Shown: positions 35,428 through 43,728 of the stretch, piece by piece | How the letters are laid out: each line of letters starts with the position of its first letter | How positions within the stretch are numbered: the first letter of the stretch is position 1 | IMG/VR virus record: IMGVR_UViG_3300037195_000905 | Coordinates: 1-43,969 of that record | Reading direction: 5' to 3' (one strand) | Source: a virus | Lineage: Duplodnaviria > Caudoviricetes | DNA length: 43,969 bases | The notes under the pieces: model-generated | Seen by the model: only the letters and a program-made list of their open reading frames with translations | Told to the model about the DNA's origin: nothing | The model's database searches: none | Position numbers and translations under genes: made by a program

Positions 35428-35628
35428 TTAACCCCCTTCAAAATTAACAGAATTTTTTTCAACCCAAGTTGAACCGCTTCCGCCCTTTGGCGTAATTTCG
35501 ACCTGAATAGACGCGCCATTATAAGGCGCTGGACGCGCGTCCGTAACTAATACAGGAACGCGCAGACTGTTTGACGTAGTATAAAAACCGCTTAAACTTA
35601 CAAATTTTGACAATTCGCTTACTTTCAA
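35428..35628 (-). CDS. Hypothetical early protein
   Basis: 66 aa, TTG start with AAGGGGG SD; TPKGGSGSTWV. Confidence 0.65.
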   Translation of the reverse strand: MKVSELSKFVSLSGFYTTSNSLRVPVLVTDARPAPYNGASIQVEITPKGGSGSTWVEKNSVNFEGG

Positions 35629-35695
35629 AGTATTACCCCCTTTACAAATTCAAAATATAAATACGTCCCGACCGCGATTAAATACAGCTTATAAA

Positions 35696-35884
35696 TCAAA
35701 GGCATTCCGCTTTCACCCCCTTTTTAATTGCATTGAACGCCAGCGACAGCGCGTCCAACATATTAAAGGTAAACCCCTCAGTAATCGAGGCAATTAACAT
35801 AGCTTCCGTTTCAGGCAATCCGCATTCCTTCATTATAAAGACCTGATCCGACCTGCTAAAATGAACTTCCCTTTTTTTTGCCAC
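35696..35884 (-). CDS. Hypothetical early protein, first gene of the leftward early operon
   Basis: GTG start with AAGGGG SD. Confidence 0.55.
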   Translation of the reverse strand: MAKKREVHFSRSDQVFIMKECGLPETEAMLIASITEGFTFNMLDALSLAFNAIKKGVKAECL

Positions 35885-35933
35885 TTTGCACCCCTTAAAA
35901 AAAGTTTCAAAAATTCCGCGCGATTTTGCGCCT

Positions 35934-35998
35934 TTGGCATAATATACGCGATTACTATACCAATGAACGCGACCGCCTATGCGCTCAGGCTATACCAA
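35934..35998. promoter_or_regulatory. Cluster of three sigma54-like (-24/-12) motifs in the divergent intergenic region
   Basis: Plus: TTGGCATAATATACGC (35934-35949); minus: TTGGTATAGTAATCGC (35963-35948) and TTGGTATAGCCTGAGC (35998-35983); all GG-N10-GC. Confidence 0.45.
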
Positions 35999-36298
35999 CA
36001 GGATAAGCGCCAGCGCTGGAAGAGTTTACAACATAAAAAACATTGAAATATATTTTATTTTGTCGATCGGATTTTATATCCGCGCTCAGATCCGCGAAAA
36101 ATAGCAGTTTTTTTGTTTCTATGTGGATATTTTATCCTGCACTATGGCTGAAATGCGCCATACTGCCAGCGCAAATGCGCCAGTAGATTTATTTTCAGAT
36201 TTTCGATCGGGAAAAATAGTTATTCAAATTTTTTTAAACATAGGAAAGGAAGCAAATTTTATAATTTTATTTTGTTTTAGAAAGTGAGGGATTTTATC

Positions 36299-36637
36299 AT
36301 GCTGAATATTGAAGAGTTTATGAAGTTGCCAGACGAAGAGAAGAAGAAGTATATTAACAGGACGTACCCAAGTGGAGTTGAGAAGAAGAACGATTTTGTA
36401 GATCATGGTGTGGGAGTGTATGCAGACGGTGGCAAAGGTTCAGAAGATTATTGTGAGTTTATGTCGTGTCAATTCCCTGACGCAACTGAATCAGAGTGTT
36501 CACAAGGGAAGCGTTACGGCACAGATGACGGCAGGGAACCGCGCTTCTGTGAAACACATTGGAAAGAGGTCAACAAGGACTCAGAGTTTTATCCGATCCG
36601 AAAGCCTTTGGACAGGGATCAGTTTATGAAGGCATAG
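36299..36637 (+). CDS. Hypothetical early protein (in frame with 36668..37006 across a single TAG)
   Basis: GAGGG SD before ATG 36299; C...C...FCETH motif. Confidence 0.65.
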   Translation: MLNIEEFMKLPDEEKKKYINRTYPSGVEKKNDFVDHGVGVYADGGKGSEDYCEFMSCQFPDATESECSQGKRYGTDDGREPRFCETHWKEVNKDSEFYPIRKPLDRDQFMKA

Positions 36638-36667
36638 AGAGAAGATTGGGACAAAATCAACGAAGGC

Positions 36668-37006
36668 ATGAGCGCGGACGATTGTGTTGAGATATTCTTA
36701 TCAGTATTAAAAGGATCCAGCGACATTAAGAAGAAGCTGCTGGAAGAATTAATCAGTAATTACAGCGCTGGTGATGACATTGATTTTGTTTTATTATCTA
36801 AGGAGAAGCTGGAAGAGATCACGCAGGAGATAAGGGATATGAGGGACGCGGATTTTCATGTATGTCCGTATGACCAGCACCAAAAGTTTGAGGATTCCAA
36901 CGCGCGACACGAAAGACAGTATTATGAAATGCACCCTGAACACGCAGAAGATCAATGTACTTGTAAATATTTTGACCAACTAATTGATAAACTGGAAGGA
37001 GAATGA
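36668..37006 (+). CDS. Hypothetical early protein, possibly the C-terminal half of the upstream gene
   Basis: Same frame as the upstream ORF; no well-spaced SD. Confidence 0.55.
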   Translation: MSADDCVEIFLSVLKGSSDIKKKLLEELISNYSAGDDIDFVLLSKEKLEEITQEIRDMRDADFHVCPYDQHQKFEDSNARHERQYYEMHPEHAEDQCTCKYFDQLIDKLEGE

Positions 37007-37188
37007 TTATGAAGGTAAGAGAATTGGAAGAGATCCTTACGGATATGGACACAGAGAACGAAGTTGTATTCTATTTGTTGAAGGATTACAATTTAGACGC
37101 TTTACAATTAGAAAGCACAAGAGATTCAGACGGACAATGTGAAATTACAGTTAAAGGATTTGATACTGACGAAGGGGGGAACCGATGA
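37003..37188 (+). CDS. Hypothetical early protein
   Basis: AAGGAG SD; MKVRELEEILTDMDTENEV. Confidence 0.65.
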   Translation: MIMKVRELEEILTDMDTENEVVFYLLKDYNLDALQLESTRDSDGQCEITVKGFDTDEGGNR

Positions 37189-37520
37189 ACACGAAGATAA
37201 GTTATATGTACCGCGATGCCAGTAATTATAAGGCATACGAATCAGAAGTAATAAAGGGAGTGATTAAGGAATCAGGCCTTAAAGATGAATGCTTTGACGA
37301 ATTCATTCCAAATGAATGTGGGCTTCCAAGCCTTCAGGGACAGCTTACCGCGTACAACGGTGGCACATGGACAGAAGACGATCATGTTTATCATTCAGAC
37401 CTTCAGCTTGAACCGACAGAGAAAGAGCCAACAGTTGAGATTACGGCAGAGGATTTCATAAAGAAGTTTAATAATATGCCAAATGATGTAATGGCAGAAA
37501 TGGAAAGGTTGGGTATGTAA
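37185..37520 (+). CDS. Hypothetical early protein
   Basis: MNTKISYMYRDASNYK...FIPNECGLP...DDHVYH; strong SD. Confidence 0.7.
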   Translation: MNTKISYMYRDASNYKAYESEVIKGVIKESGLKDECFDEFIPNECGLPSLQGQLTAYNGGTWTEDDHVYHSDLQLEPTEKEPTVEITAEDFIKKFNNMPNDVMAEMERLGM

Positions 37521-37789
37521 TGGACGAAGAACAGAAGGAAAGGATCGAAGGCATGACGGTAATGGACGGCTATGAGGATTGCATAGTTGGAATATGCAAC
37601 AGGTTCGGACAGGAACCAATCATAGCTTATGACTACGAGAAGATCATTCAGAGGCACATTGACGATGGCATGACAGAAGACGAGGCGAGGGAGTATTTTG
37701 ACTACAATCAGATTGGCGCATGGGTGGGTGATGATACACCATGCTTCATAGAACTTTTTCAAGGAAAGGAAGTGAATAATGGAACTTGA
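37520..37789 (+). CDS. Conserved phage hypothetical protein
   Basis: DGYEDCIVG...AYDYEKII...EAREYFDYNQIGAWVGDDTP. Confidence 0.75.
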   Translation: MDEEQKERIEGMTVMDGYEDCIVGICNRFGQEPIIAYDYEKIIQRHIDDGMTEDEAREYFDYNQIGAWVGDDTPCFIELFQGKEVNNGT

Positions 37790-38093
37790 CAAGGACAAGA
37801 GGGAATCGTGGATTTTTGCTGTATGGGAAGGTCTGGAAGATTATAGAACAAAATGCCGTTATGGAGAGCCATACGAACAAGAACTATGGGAAGAAGTCAG
37901 GACTGCTATGGAATGGATTGAGAAGGCTCTGTTTCCTATTAAATTCATATCAGAGGAAAAGTTAGCCGTAATGCAAAGGAAAGATTTATTACATCAGCTT
38001 TACATTTTAACAAATTCTGGATCTGAACAGCTATCTCCGGAAGAATGTGAGCAGGTAGCTGATATGATACTTAGAAGGAAAGGAAAGGAATAA
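37779..38093 (+). CDS. Hypothetical protein
   Basis: 104-aa ORF within the operon. Confidence 0.6.
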   Translation: MELDKDKRESWIFAVWEGLEDYRTKCRYGEPYEQELWEEVRTAMEWIEKALFPIKFISEEKLAVMQRKDLLHQLYILTNSGSEQLSPEECEQVADMILRRKGKE

Positions 38094-38095
38094 TT

Positions 38096-38392
38096 ATGAT
38101 TAGATTCCGTAGAAATTATCAAGGTGATACTTGGTATTTAGGTGATTATAGTTGGAAGCGTAGTTATTGCATGAGATATATTGGACAGATTGGAATGTTC
38201 CAGATAGGAATTCGTGGTGCTTGTCTTAGCTTTATGCGTAAATATGCTACCAACTGGAAATACTGGTCTAACAAGCGTGTGTTTTATTGGGTTGTGCCAC
38301 ACACTAAAAGAGATAATGGTGCAACACATTCAGTCGGTCTTTATTGGATTGAGGTTACACTTGTTTTGCGTCATGGAAAAGGAAAGATATAA
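38096..38392 (+). CDS. Hypothetical Trp/Tyr-rich basic protein, last of the plus-strand operon
   Basis: 98-aa ORF with AAGGA SD. Confidence 0.5.
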   Translation: MIRFRRNYQGDTWYLGDYSWKRSYCMRYIGQIGMFQIGIRGACLSFMRKYATNWKYWSNKRVFYWVVPHTKRDNGATHSVGLYWIEVTLVLRHGKGKI

Positions 38393-38405
38393 GGAAAGGA
38401 AGCTG

Positions 38406-38603
38406 TCAGGGGGATAGGCATATTCTCTTGACAGCATCTTCATTCATAAAGTTGTTAATATCCCTGACCAACCTGTATCTATGAGCAATCGTTTTAAAAG
38501 TATAACCCTGTTTATGATAATTTCTGACCGTGATTTGTGTCTTATCCCTACCGACTGTATTAAAATCATCAATAATCTTCTTCTGCCATTCTTTAAATGT
38601 CAT
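38406..38603 (-). CDS. Hypothetical protein
   Basis: AAGGAGG SD; 65 aa. Confidence 0.6.
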   Translation of the reverse strand: MTFKEWQKKIIDDFNTVGRDKTQITVRNYHKQGYTFKTIAHRYRLVRDINNFMNEDAVKRICLSP

Positions 38604-38714
38604 AGAATTCCTCCTTATTTCGATTCTAAGCCCTCGTAAATTTTAAGTACCAAATACCCTATATATTGGAAAAGTACAGAATTTGAGCCTAATATGACGG
38701 CACAGGTGCCTTAT

Positions 38715-39140
38715 TTACCACATATTAGCTGGTGCTTGATTATATAACCTTCTTGACTTAGCTAATCTCCAACAAGTTCTAAGTGTTAGCATTAATTTGT
38801 GCTGAAATTCAGGTGTAAATCTCATTTTGAGGTCTTCAGCCTGTTCTTTTGTCAATGGTACGAATTTCGGCTGTTTTATTATTCTTTCTTCAGTATATGT
38901 TACCCAATCCTTCCAATTATTAAACCAGGTCGATCCGTTCTTCGGCTTCTTCCAGGCATTTGATGGCTGTCTTAAATGGCTGAGATAACAATTCAGGGCT
39001 TTTGAAATATTATTCAGATCATCATAGGTCTTTACAGAGGAAAGAAAGTGTCTTAATGCTGCCTTCTTGCCATCCTTATTCGGATATTTCTTCCAAAGCG
39101 ATTCGAAAACATTCTTTTTTTGTTCAGGTGTTATTGACAT
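38715..39140 (-). CDS. Phage replication-initiator-like protein (C-terminal-type domain only)
   Basis: FESLWKKYPNKDGKKAALRHF...KNGSTWFNNWKDW pattern. Confidence 0.65.
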   Translation of the reverse strand: MSITPEQKKNVFESLWKKYPNKDGKKAALRHFLSSVKTYDDLNNISKALNCYLSHLRQPSNAWKKPKNGSTWFNNWKDWVTYTEERIIKQPKFVPLTKEQAEDLKMRFTPEFQHKLMLTLRTCWRLAKSRRLYNQAPANMW

Positions 39141-39142
39141 AA

Positions 39143-39436
39143 TTAAAAGATCTTCTCAAAGTATTTTTTACTTCTATAATCATTTGTTGATAATCTTTCC
39201 ATAGCATCTTTAGACATTTCATGTACCAAGTTTAATATTTTTAAAATTTTATCTATATCAGCTTTTTTTACAGCCTTCTTCAACATAGTGGCATATTCTA
39301 TTATTTCTTTATGTGCGTATGATCTACCTTCTACATCTTTATAACCACAATCAGCACACTCCCAAGCATAATACTCTCCGGTTAAATTATTCTTCATCTT
39401 ACTTTCTAATTTATTCTTATGTAGGCATTTTACCAT
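39143..39436 (-). CDS. Hypothetical protein with Zn-ribbon-like N-terminus
   Basis: CLH...WECADCG; AAGGGG SD. Confidence 0.6.
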   Translation of the reverse strand: MVKCLHKNKLESKMKNNLTGEYYAWECADCGYKDVEGRSYAHKEIIEYATMLKKAVKKADIDKILKILNLVHEMSKDAMERLSTNDYRSKKYFEKIF

Positions 39437-39479
39437 AATAATTCCCCTTTCAATATTTACATATTTAACAGAGTTTTAA

Positions 39480-39715
39480 AAACTTAGCCAACGTGAGGAA
39501 AACGTACTGAGGGCTACACCCTAACAGAGCTTAATCTTAGAATTGACTCTATTAAGAACCAGCCCAAGCAGAAAAGAAGGCTTTGTAATAAAATTTAGCC
39601 ACTCGTTGAGGTATCCGCCTGAGTTCGGTGCCTACTGGACTTACTTTAAAGTGTCGCCAGAGCGCAGGAGTAAACCGACATCTTGGACAACCTCCTATCG
39701 CCACCCTACACTATA
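39480..39715 (-). ncRNA. Putative structured leader RNA or origin region upstream of the replication genes
   Basis: Non-coding and richer in GC than its flanks; nested stems AGUGU/ACACU and AGGAG/CUCCU, plus CUUAAU/AUUAAG and AGGG/CCCU. Confidence 0.4.
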
Positions 39716-39727
39716 TATAAACAAGAA

Positions 39728-39814
39728 AAGCCCGACACGCAGGTATGTACGCATCAGGCTTCTATGTGTTACCAGCTAAGGCAACATAATATATCCTATC
39801 GTTCATACCAACGA
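39728..39814 (-). promoter_or_regulatory. Three-hairpin leader ending in a terminator, with complementary loops
   Basis: UCGUU-GGUAUG-AACGA; UGUUGCC-UUAGCU-GGUAACA; AAGCCUGAUGCGUA-CAUACC-UGCGUGUCGGGCUU then UUCUUGUUU. Confidence 0.7.
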
Positions 39815-39830
39815 ATGTCTACTTTTAAAT

Positions 39831-39860
39831 ACTTAAAGCATTATTAATCATTTGTGTCAA
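39831..39860 (-). promoter_or_regulatory. Sigma70-type promoter
   Basis: TTGACA at 39860-39855; weak -10 (TTTAAGT); directly upstream of the hairpin leader. Confidence 0.5.
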
Positions 39861-39863
39861 GGT

Positions 39864-40100
39864 TTATTTTCTCAAATAGCCTTTTTGTGTCTTAAAATTT
39901 CTAATACTACCCCTGTCTGGCTCGTTCTGATGATCTGCACCCACTCGTAATCTTTCATCTGCACCTGCACTATCCGGCTGCAACCTGCCTCCGCAATCCA
40001 TACACCTATCGCCATTTCTTCTATTAAGGCTCATAGTCTTCAAAAATACAATATTATTACAGTCTGGACAACGATACCTGGTTTGGTTTTTATTTGGCAT
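39864..40100 (-). CDS. Zn-ribbon protein
   Basis: CPDC...CMDCGG. Confidence 0.65.
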   Translation of the reverse strand: MPNKNQTRYRCPDCNNIVFLKTMSLNRRNGDRCMDCGGRLQPDSAGADERLRVGADHQNEPDRGSIRNFKTQKGYLRK

Positions 40101-40333
40101 TATTTCCCCACTTTCTTTAAAAACACATCCCTGCCTGTTTTTTCACAATATGACCTATAACCTCTTTTAGTCATAAAGTATTTAGATATATTATACCTCA
40201 TATCTACATTCTTAATCTTGCCACAGGCATTACATTTGAATTTCATTTTCTTCCCTTCTCTCCTGTATTGCACAAGTCATTAATACCCCAAACCATATCA
40301 GGCAATTAACCAACAGTAAGACTATTAATAATA

Positions 40334-40726
40334 TTATGTGGTATATATCCATATATCTACCCTTGGATTTTCCTTATCAATTTCACCTGTCGTATATAGC
40401 GTGGAAATAATAAATTTATCGTTATCATCCTCTATACAACCAGCATTAATAAGACCGTCACAAAAGAATTTCTCATGTAAACATAAAACATTAGACCTGT
40501 CTACACGCCTTTTATCTCCCCTGACTAATTGAAAATGCAGATTAATTCCAGCTTTAGACAGCGTTAAACCTTTTACTTTAGGTGCCAATATCTGTGAATA
40601 CGCAATCTTCAGCTTATTTCTGACCTGAAAATGCCAGTTATGATAATTATTAATATTAAGATAATACCTCTTCGGCTTCATAATCTTACGAGGTAAATCA
40701 ATATATAGTGGCATTGATACTATCAT
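40334..40726 (-). CDS. RusA-like Holliday junction resolvase
   Basis: RRVDRSN...KFFCDGLINAGCIEDDN...ENPRVDI. Confidence 0.8.
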   Translation of the reverse strand: MIVSMPLYIDLPRKIMKPKRYYLNINNYHNWHFQVRNKLKIAYSQILAPKVKGLTLSKAGINLHFQLVRGDKRRVDRSNVLCLHEKFFCDGLINAGCIEDDNDKFIISTLYTTGEIDKENPRVDIWIYTT

Positions 40727-40782
40727 AATTTTTTTTCTTTACAATTATAGATTCTTAATTATAATGCGTAGGCGCATTTTAA

Positions 40783-41496
40783 TTAACCTGCCCTCACAGA
40801 CTCACGCCTTGTCTCTTTTACTCTGATACCAGGAACCTGTTTATTGGTAATACCATTAGCCTTAACCCATACCTTCAGCTTTGCAGTTTTAATTTCAACC
40901 ACATTCAAGGGTATTCTGCCTGATACAATCTCTTCTAATAACTCCAAAGGATGCTCAACCACGACCTCAATATCCTTTATCCAGCTTGTACTGCCACCAC
41001 CTTCAACCTTAGTTGACTTCTCAATGCCACCTGATGCTATATTGGGATCTGCATATACATTGTTCAGCTTATCCTGTAATTCATTTACCTCAGCCTGAGT
41101 CTCTGCATTATCGATCTTCTTTTGCAGTTTTTCCTTTTCCTTTTGAGCTTTCTTATCTGCCAGTTTATCCAACCTATCCTGTTCTTTACGTTGCTTTTTC
41201 TCCTGTTCATCAGCGTATGTAGCCCTTATGCCCCTTAAATATATATCAGCCTGAATAAGACCATTAAGCATATCCTTCTCTTGCTGAACTATAACCTTAT
41301 GGGCCTTTTGTGTAGCCTCTTTCATAGGCTTGAAATGCTTCTTCACCTGCTTGAGCCGACTTGCAAGTTTGACCATGAACTCAGTTGTAATATCAAAGGA
41401 CTCTTGGCTGACTATATGTAATTCCCTTGCTTCTTCAGTAACCAATGTAATATCAGTACCCATTTCCTCTGTGATTCTTTCGGTTGGTGTTTCCAT
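40783..41496 (-). CDS. Coiled-coil phage protein of the recombination module
   Basis: Long charged helices; C-terminal VPGIRV; follows the exonuclease. Confidence 0.6.
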   Translation of the reverse strand: METPTERITEEMGTDITLVTEEARELHIVSQESFDITTEFMVKLASRLKQVKKHFKPMKEATQKAHKVIVQQEKDMLNGLIQADIYLRGIRATYADEQEKKQRKEQDRLDKLADKKAQKEKEKLQKKIDNAETQAEVNELQDKLNNVYADPNIASGGIEKSTKVEGGGSTSWIKDIEVVVEHPLELLEEIVSGRIPLNVVEIKTAKLKVWVKANGITNKQVPGIRVKETRRESVRAG

Positions 41497-41497
41497 A

Positions 41498-42109
41498 TCA
41501 GTTTACTCCTTTCCATTGTGTCATAAGATTATTAAATTCTCTCTCTCTATACCATCTTTCAAGCATTTTCCTGAATATACCCCATGCTTTAGGATGCCTT
41601 GAGTCGTGCATCGTTATTTTGCCATCAAGAGTGAAGCAGACCGTATATAAATCTAACCTCTTGCGACTTATCATGTGTTTGTATGCCTCCAGTTGTAGTG
41701 TGTCCGTGATCCGATTATACTGTCTTAATTTGAAGTCGTACACAGTATCCTCATGTATAGACAAGTCAGGCTTACCACAATATTTGAGTGTTGGATGAAC
41801 AGCAGCACATTCTATTGCCATGTCAGCATCATGGATAGCTGCGACTTTGCTTTCATACTTCCACCACTTATGAAAGGCAGTCATAGGCTTAACCAAATCA
41901 GGATCGAGGCTGTCATGGTCTAAATCATCGTGAAAGTACAGCCTGATTGCCTCATGGAACTGCGTACCAAGCTCTGTTTTGCGTTTAAGCACTTCCTCCG
42001 GTATCATGGTGAAATCCGTTAGTGGTTCATTCACCTGAGATACCGAAGGAATACGCTTTCCTGATAAGGTATGAAGCCTCGTATCTTCATTATATACAAA
42101 TTCACTCAT
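41498..42109 (-). CDS. PD-(D/E)XK (Cas4/RecB-like) exonuclease
   Basis: IPSVSQ...GTQFHEAI...YCGKPDL...YDFK...QLEAY. Confidence 0.8.
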   Translation of the reverse strand: MSEFVYNEDTRLHTLSGKRIPSVSQVNEPLTDFTMIPEEVLKRKTELGTQFHEAIRLYFHDDLDHDSLDPDLVKPMTAFHKWWKYESKVAAIHDADMAIECAAVHPTLKYCGKPDLSIHEDTVYDFKLRQYNRITDTLQLEAYKHMISRKRLDLYTVCFTLDGKITMHDSRHPKAWGIFRKMLERWYREREFNNLMTQWKGVN

Positions 42110-43086
42110 GCGTTATCATCCGCATAATCATCTTCAGTCGGATTAACATTATCATCTTGGTCATCGTCCTTCATTATATCTATGACCTGAATCTCATTTG
42201 ACTTAAACTTCTCATTATACTCAAATATGATAAGGCATTCTTGGTCTGTTTCACAAGCCTCAGCAGCAGTCTCAGCAATCTTCTTATCAAAGGTCTTATA
42301 CTGTGTACCACCTGTGCTATGGACAATATACTGAGTCCATGCTTTCTTGGCACTCGAAGGACTCTTCTTCTGCTTAACTTCTGCAATCTTTGTAATAATT
42401 TCACCACCATCAGATGTTTCTGCTTCCTGCTGGCTACTCTTACTCTGAGTCTTCTTGACTTCAGGCTTCGGCTCAGTACGATTCTCAGTAAACTCAGGCA
42501 TATCCTCTATGTCTTGTGTGAATATATCCGATGCTGCAGTCACGTTAAGCACACAGGCAACCTTAGACCTCTTCTCAGCCATCTTGAGACAGGTATTATA
42601 ATAGTCAGCAGGATTATCATGCTCAACTTTGTGCATTATCATCCATTTACCAGCCATCTTCCTCGTACTGAATTGAGAGCCACCGATTATATTAGGATCT
42701 CTTGTCTCCCAATAATCTTTTGGTACTTCCTCTCCGGTTGCCTCTGCTCTAAAGCGCCATTTGGATTCCATCGTAGTACACGCTCCCGATCCCGAACCCA
42801 TTCTGAGTCCAGAATTGATTGAACTTGCCGTTGTCTTTACTCTGTACTCACGATGACCGTTATCCATATCAACGACTTCAACCTCTGAGTCAAGATCAAG
42901 CCTGAATGTTAATGCCAGTTTCTCGGCACCGGCTTTTAATAATGTAGGCTTATCCCCACAGCCAGGTATAACCCCATAATGCGTGTCTTTCTTCATAGTC
43001 TGTGAAAGTAAATTCTGTATTAAATTTACCTGTTGCCTCACATCATCTACAGACATCGAATCTTTTACTAACGATAAATCACCCAT
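42106..43086 (-). CDS. Putative single-strand annealing protein/recombinase with acidic tail
   Basis: HYGVIPG...KPTLLKAGAEKL...NTCLKMAEKR...SDIFTQDIED; paired with the exonuclease; acidic C-terminus. Confidence 0.6.
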   Translation of the reverse strand: MGDLSLVKDSMSVDDVRQQVNLIQNLLSQTMKKDTHYGVIPGCGDKPTLLKAGAEKLALTFRLDLDSEVEVVDMDNGHREYRVKTTASSINSGLRMGSGSGACTTMESKWRFRAEATGEEVPKDYWETRDPNIIGGSQFSTRKMAGKWMIMHKVEHDNPADYYNTCLKMAEKRSKVACVLNVTAASDIFTQDIEDMPEFTENRTEPKPEVKKTQSKSSQQEAETSDGGEIITKIAEVKQKKSPSSAKKAWTQYIVHSTGGTQYKTFDKKIAETAAEACETDQECLIIFEYNEKFKSNEIQVIDIMKDDDQDDNVNPTEDDYADDNA

Positions 43087-43115
43087 ATCTCACCCCTTTC
43101 TTTATTATTTAATAA

Positions 43116-43724
43116 TTAAAATGACAAGGCTCTCGCAACTGTCCATCCCCGATAGATTCTCGCACTCAGCGTACTAACACTAATACCACGCTTTCTTGCC
43201 CACTCTGTTATAGAAAGCGATACCCCTTCGTATGTTATAATGTGGTTAGTTCTCATATTATTCTGTTACTCAGACCGAGTAGCCCACTTGCAGTTATCAG
43301 GAGAGTAACCTTTATTATTATCAATCCTTTCTAATGTCAAACCCTCAGGTCTTTTCCCCATATCTTCAAAGAAACTCTCAAATGAATGTATCCATCTTTT
43401 ACAAATAGTTATACCCCTGCCTCCATAATCACAGTACCTTGCATTCTTTGGATTAAGACATCTAGTTTTCATAGCTTCCCACGTCCTATATGTTTTTGTT
43501 CTGGATAACCCATGCACAGTAAACCTCTCAGATGATTTCTCTCTGTGCAGGCAACCACAACTTTGTATTAATCCACCCCTAAGATTTCCCCCTTGAACCG
43601 TCTTCTTTTTCCCACAATCGCACCGGCACAACCAATGTGCAGCTTGCCACTTATCCTTATGGTTGAATTCAATTACTACTAGACGACCAAACCTTTGTCC
43701 CTGCAATTCTAATATTTTCCTCAT
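43116..43724 (-). pseudogene. HNH homing-endonuclease-like gene with an internal TAA at 43266-43268
   Basis: GQRFGRL...CRCDCG...SCGC...YGGRGI...TLERIDNNKGYSPDNCKWATRSE*QNNMRTNHIITYEGVSLSITEWARKRGISVSTLSARIYRGWTVARAL continues in frame. Confidence 0.8.
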
Positions 43725-43728
43725 ATTT

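Noticed and set aside
39543-39779. 78-aa plus-strand ORF in the non-coding region
   Set aside because: TTG start without SD, antisense to its context and overlapping evident RNA hairpins
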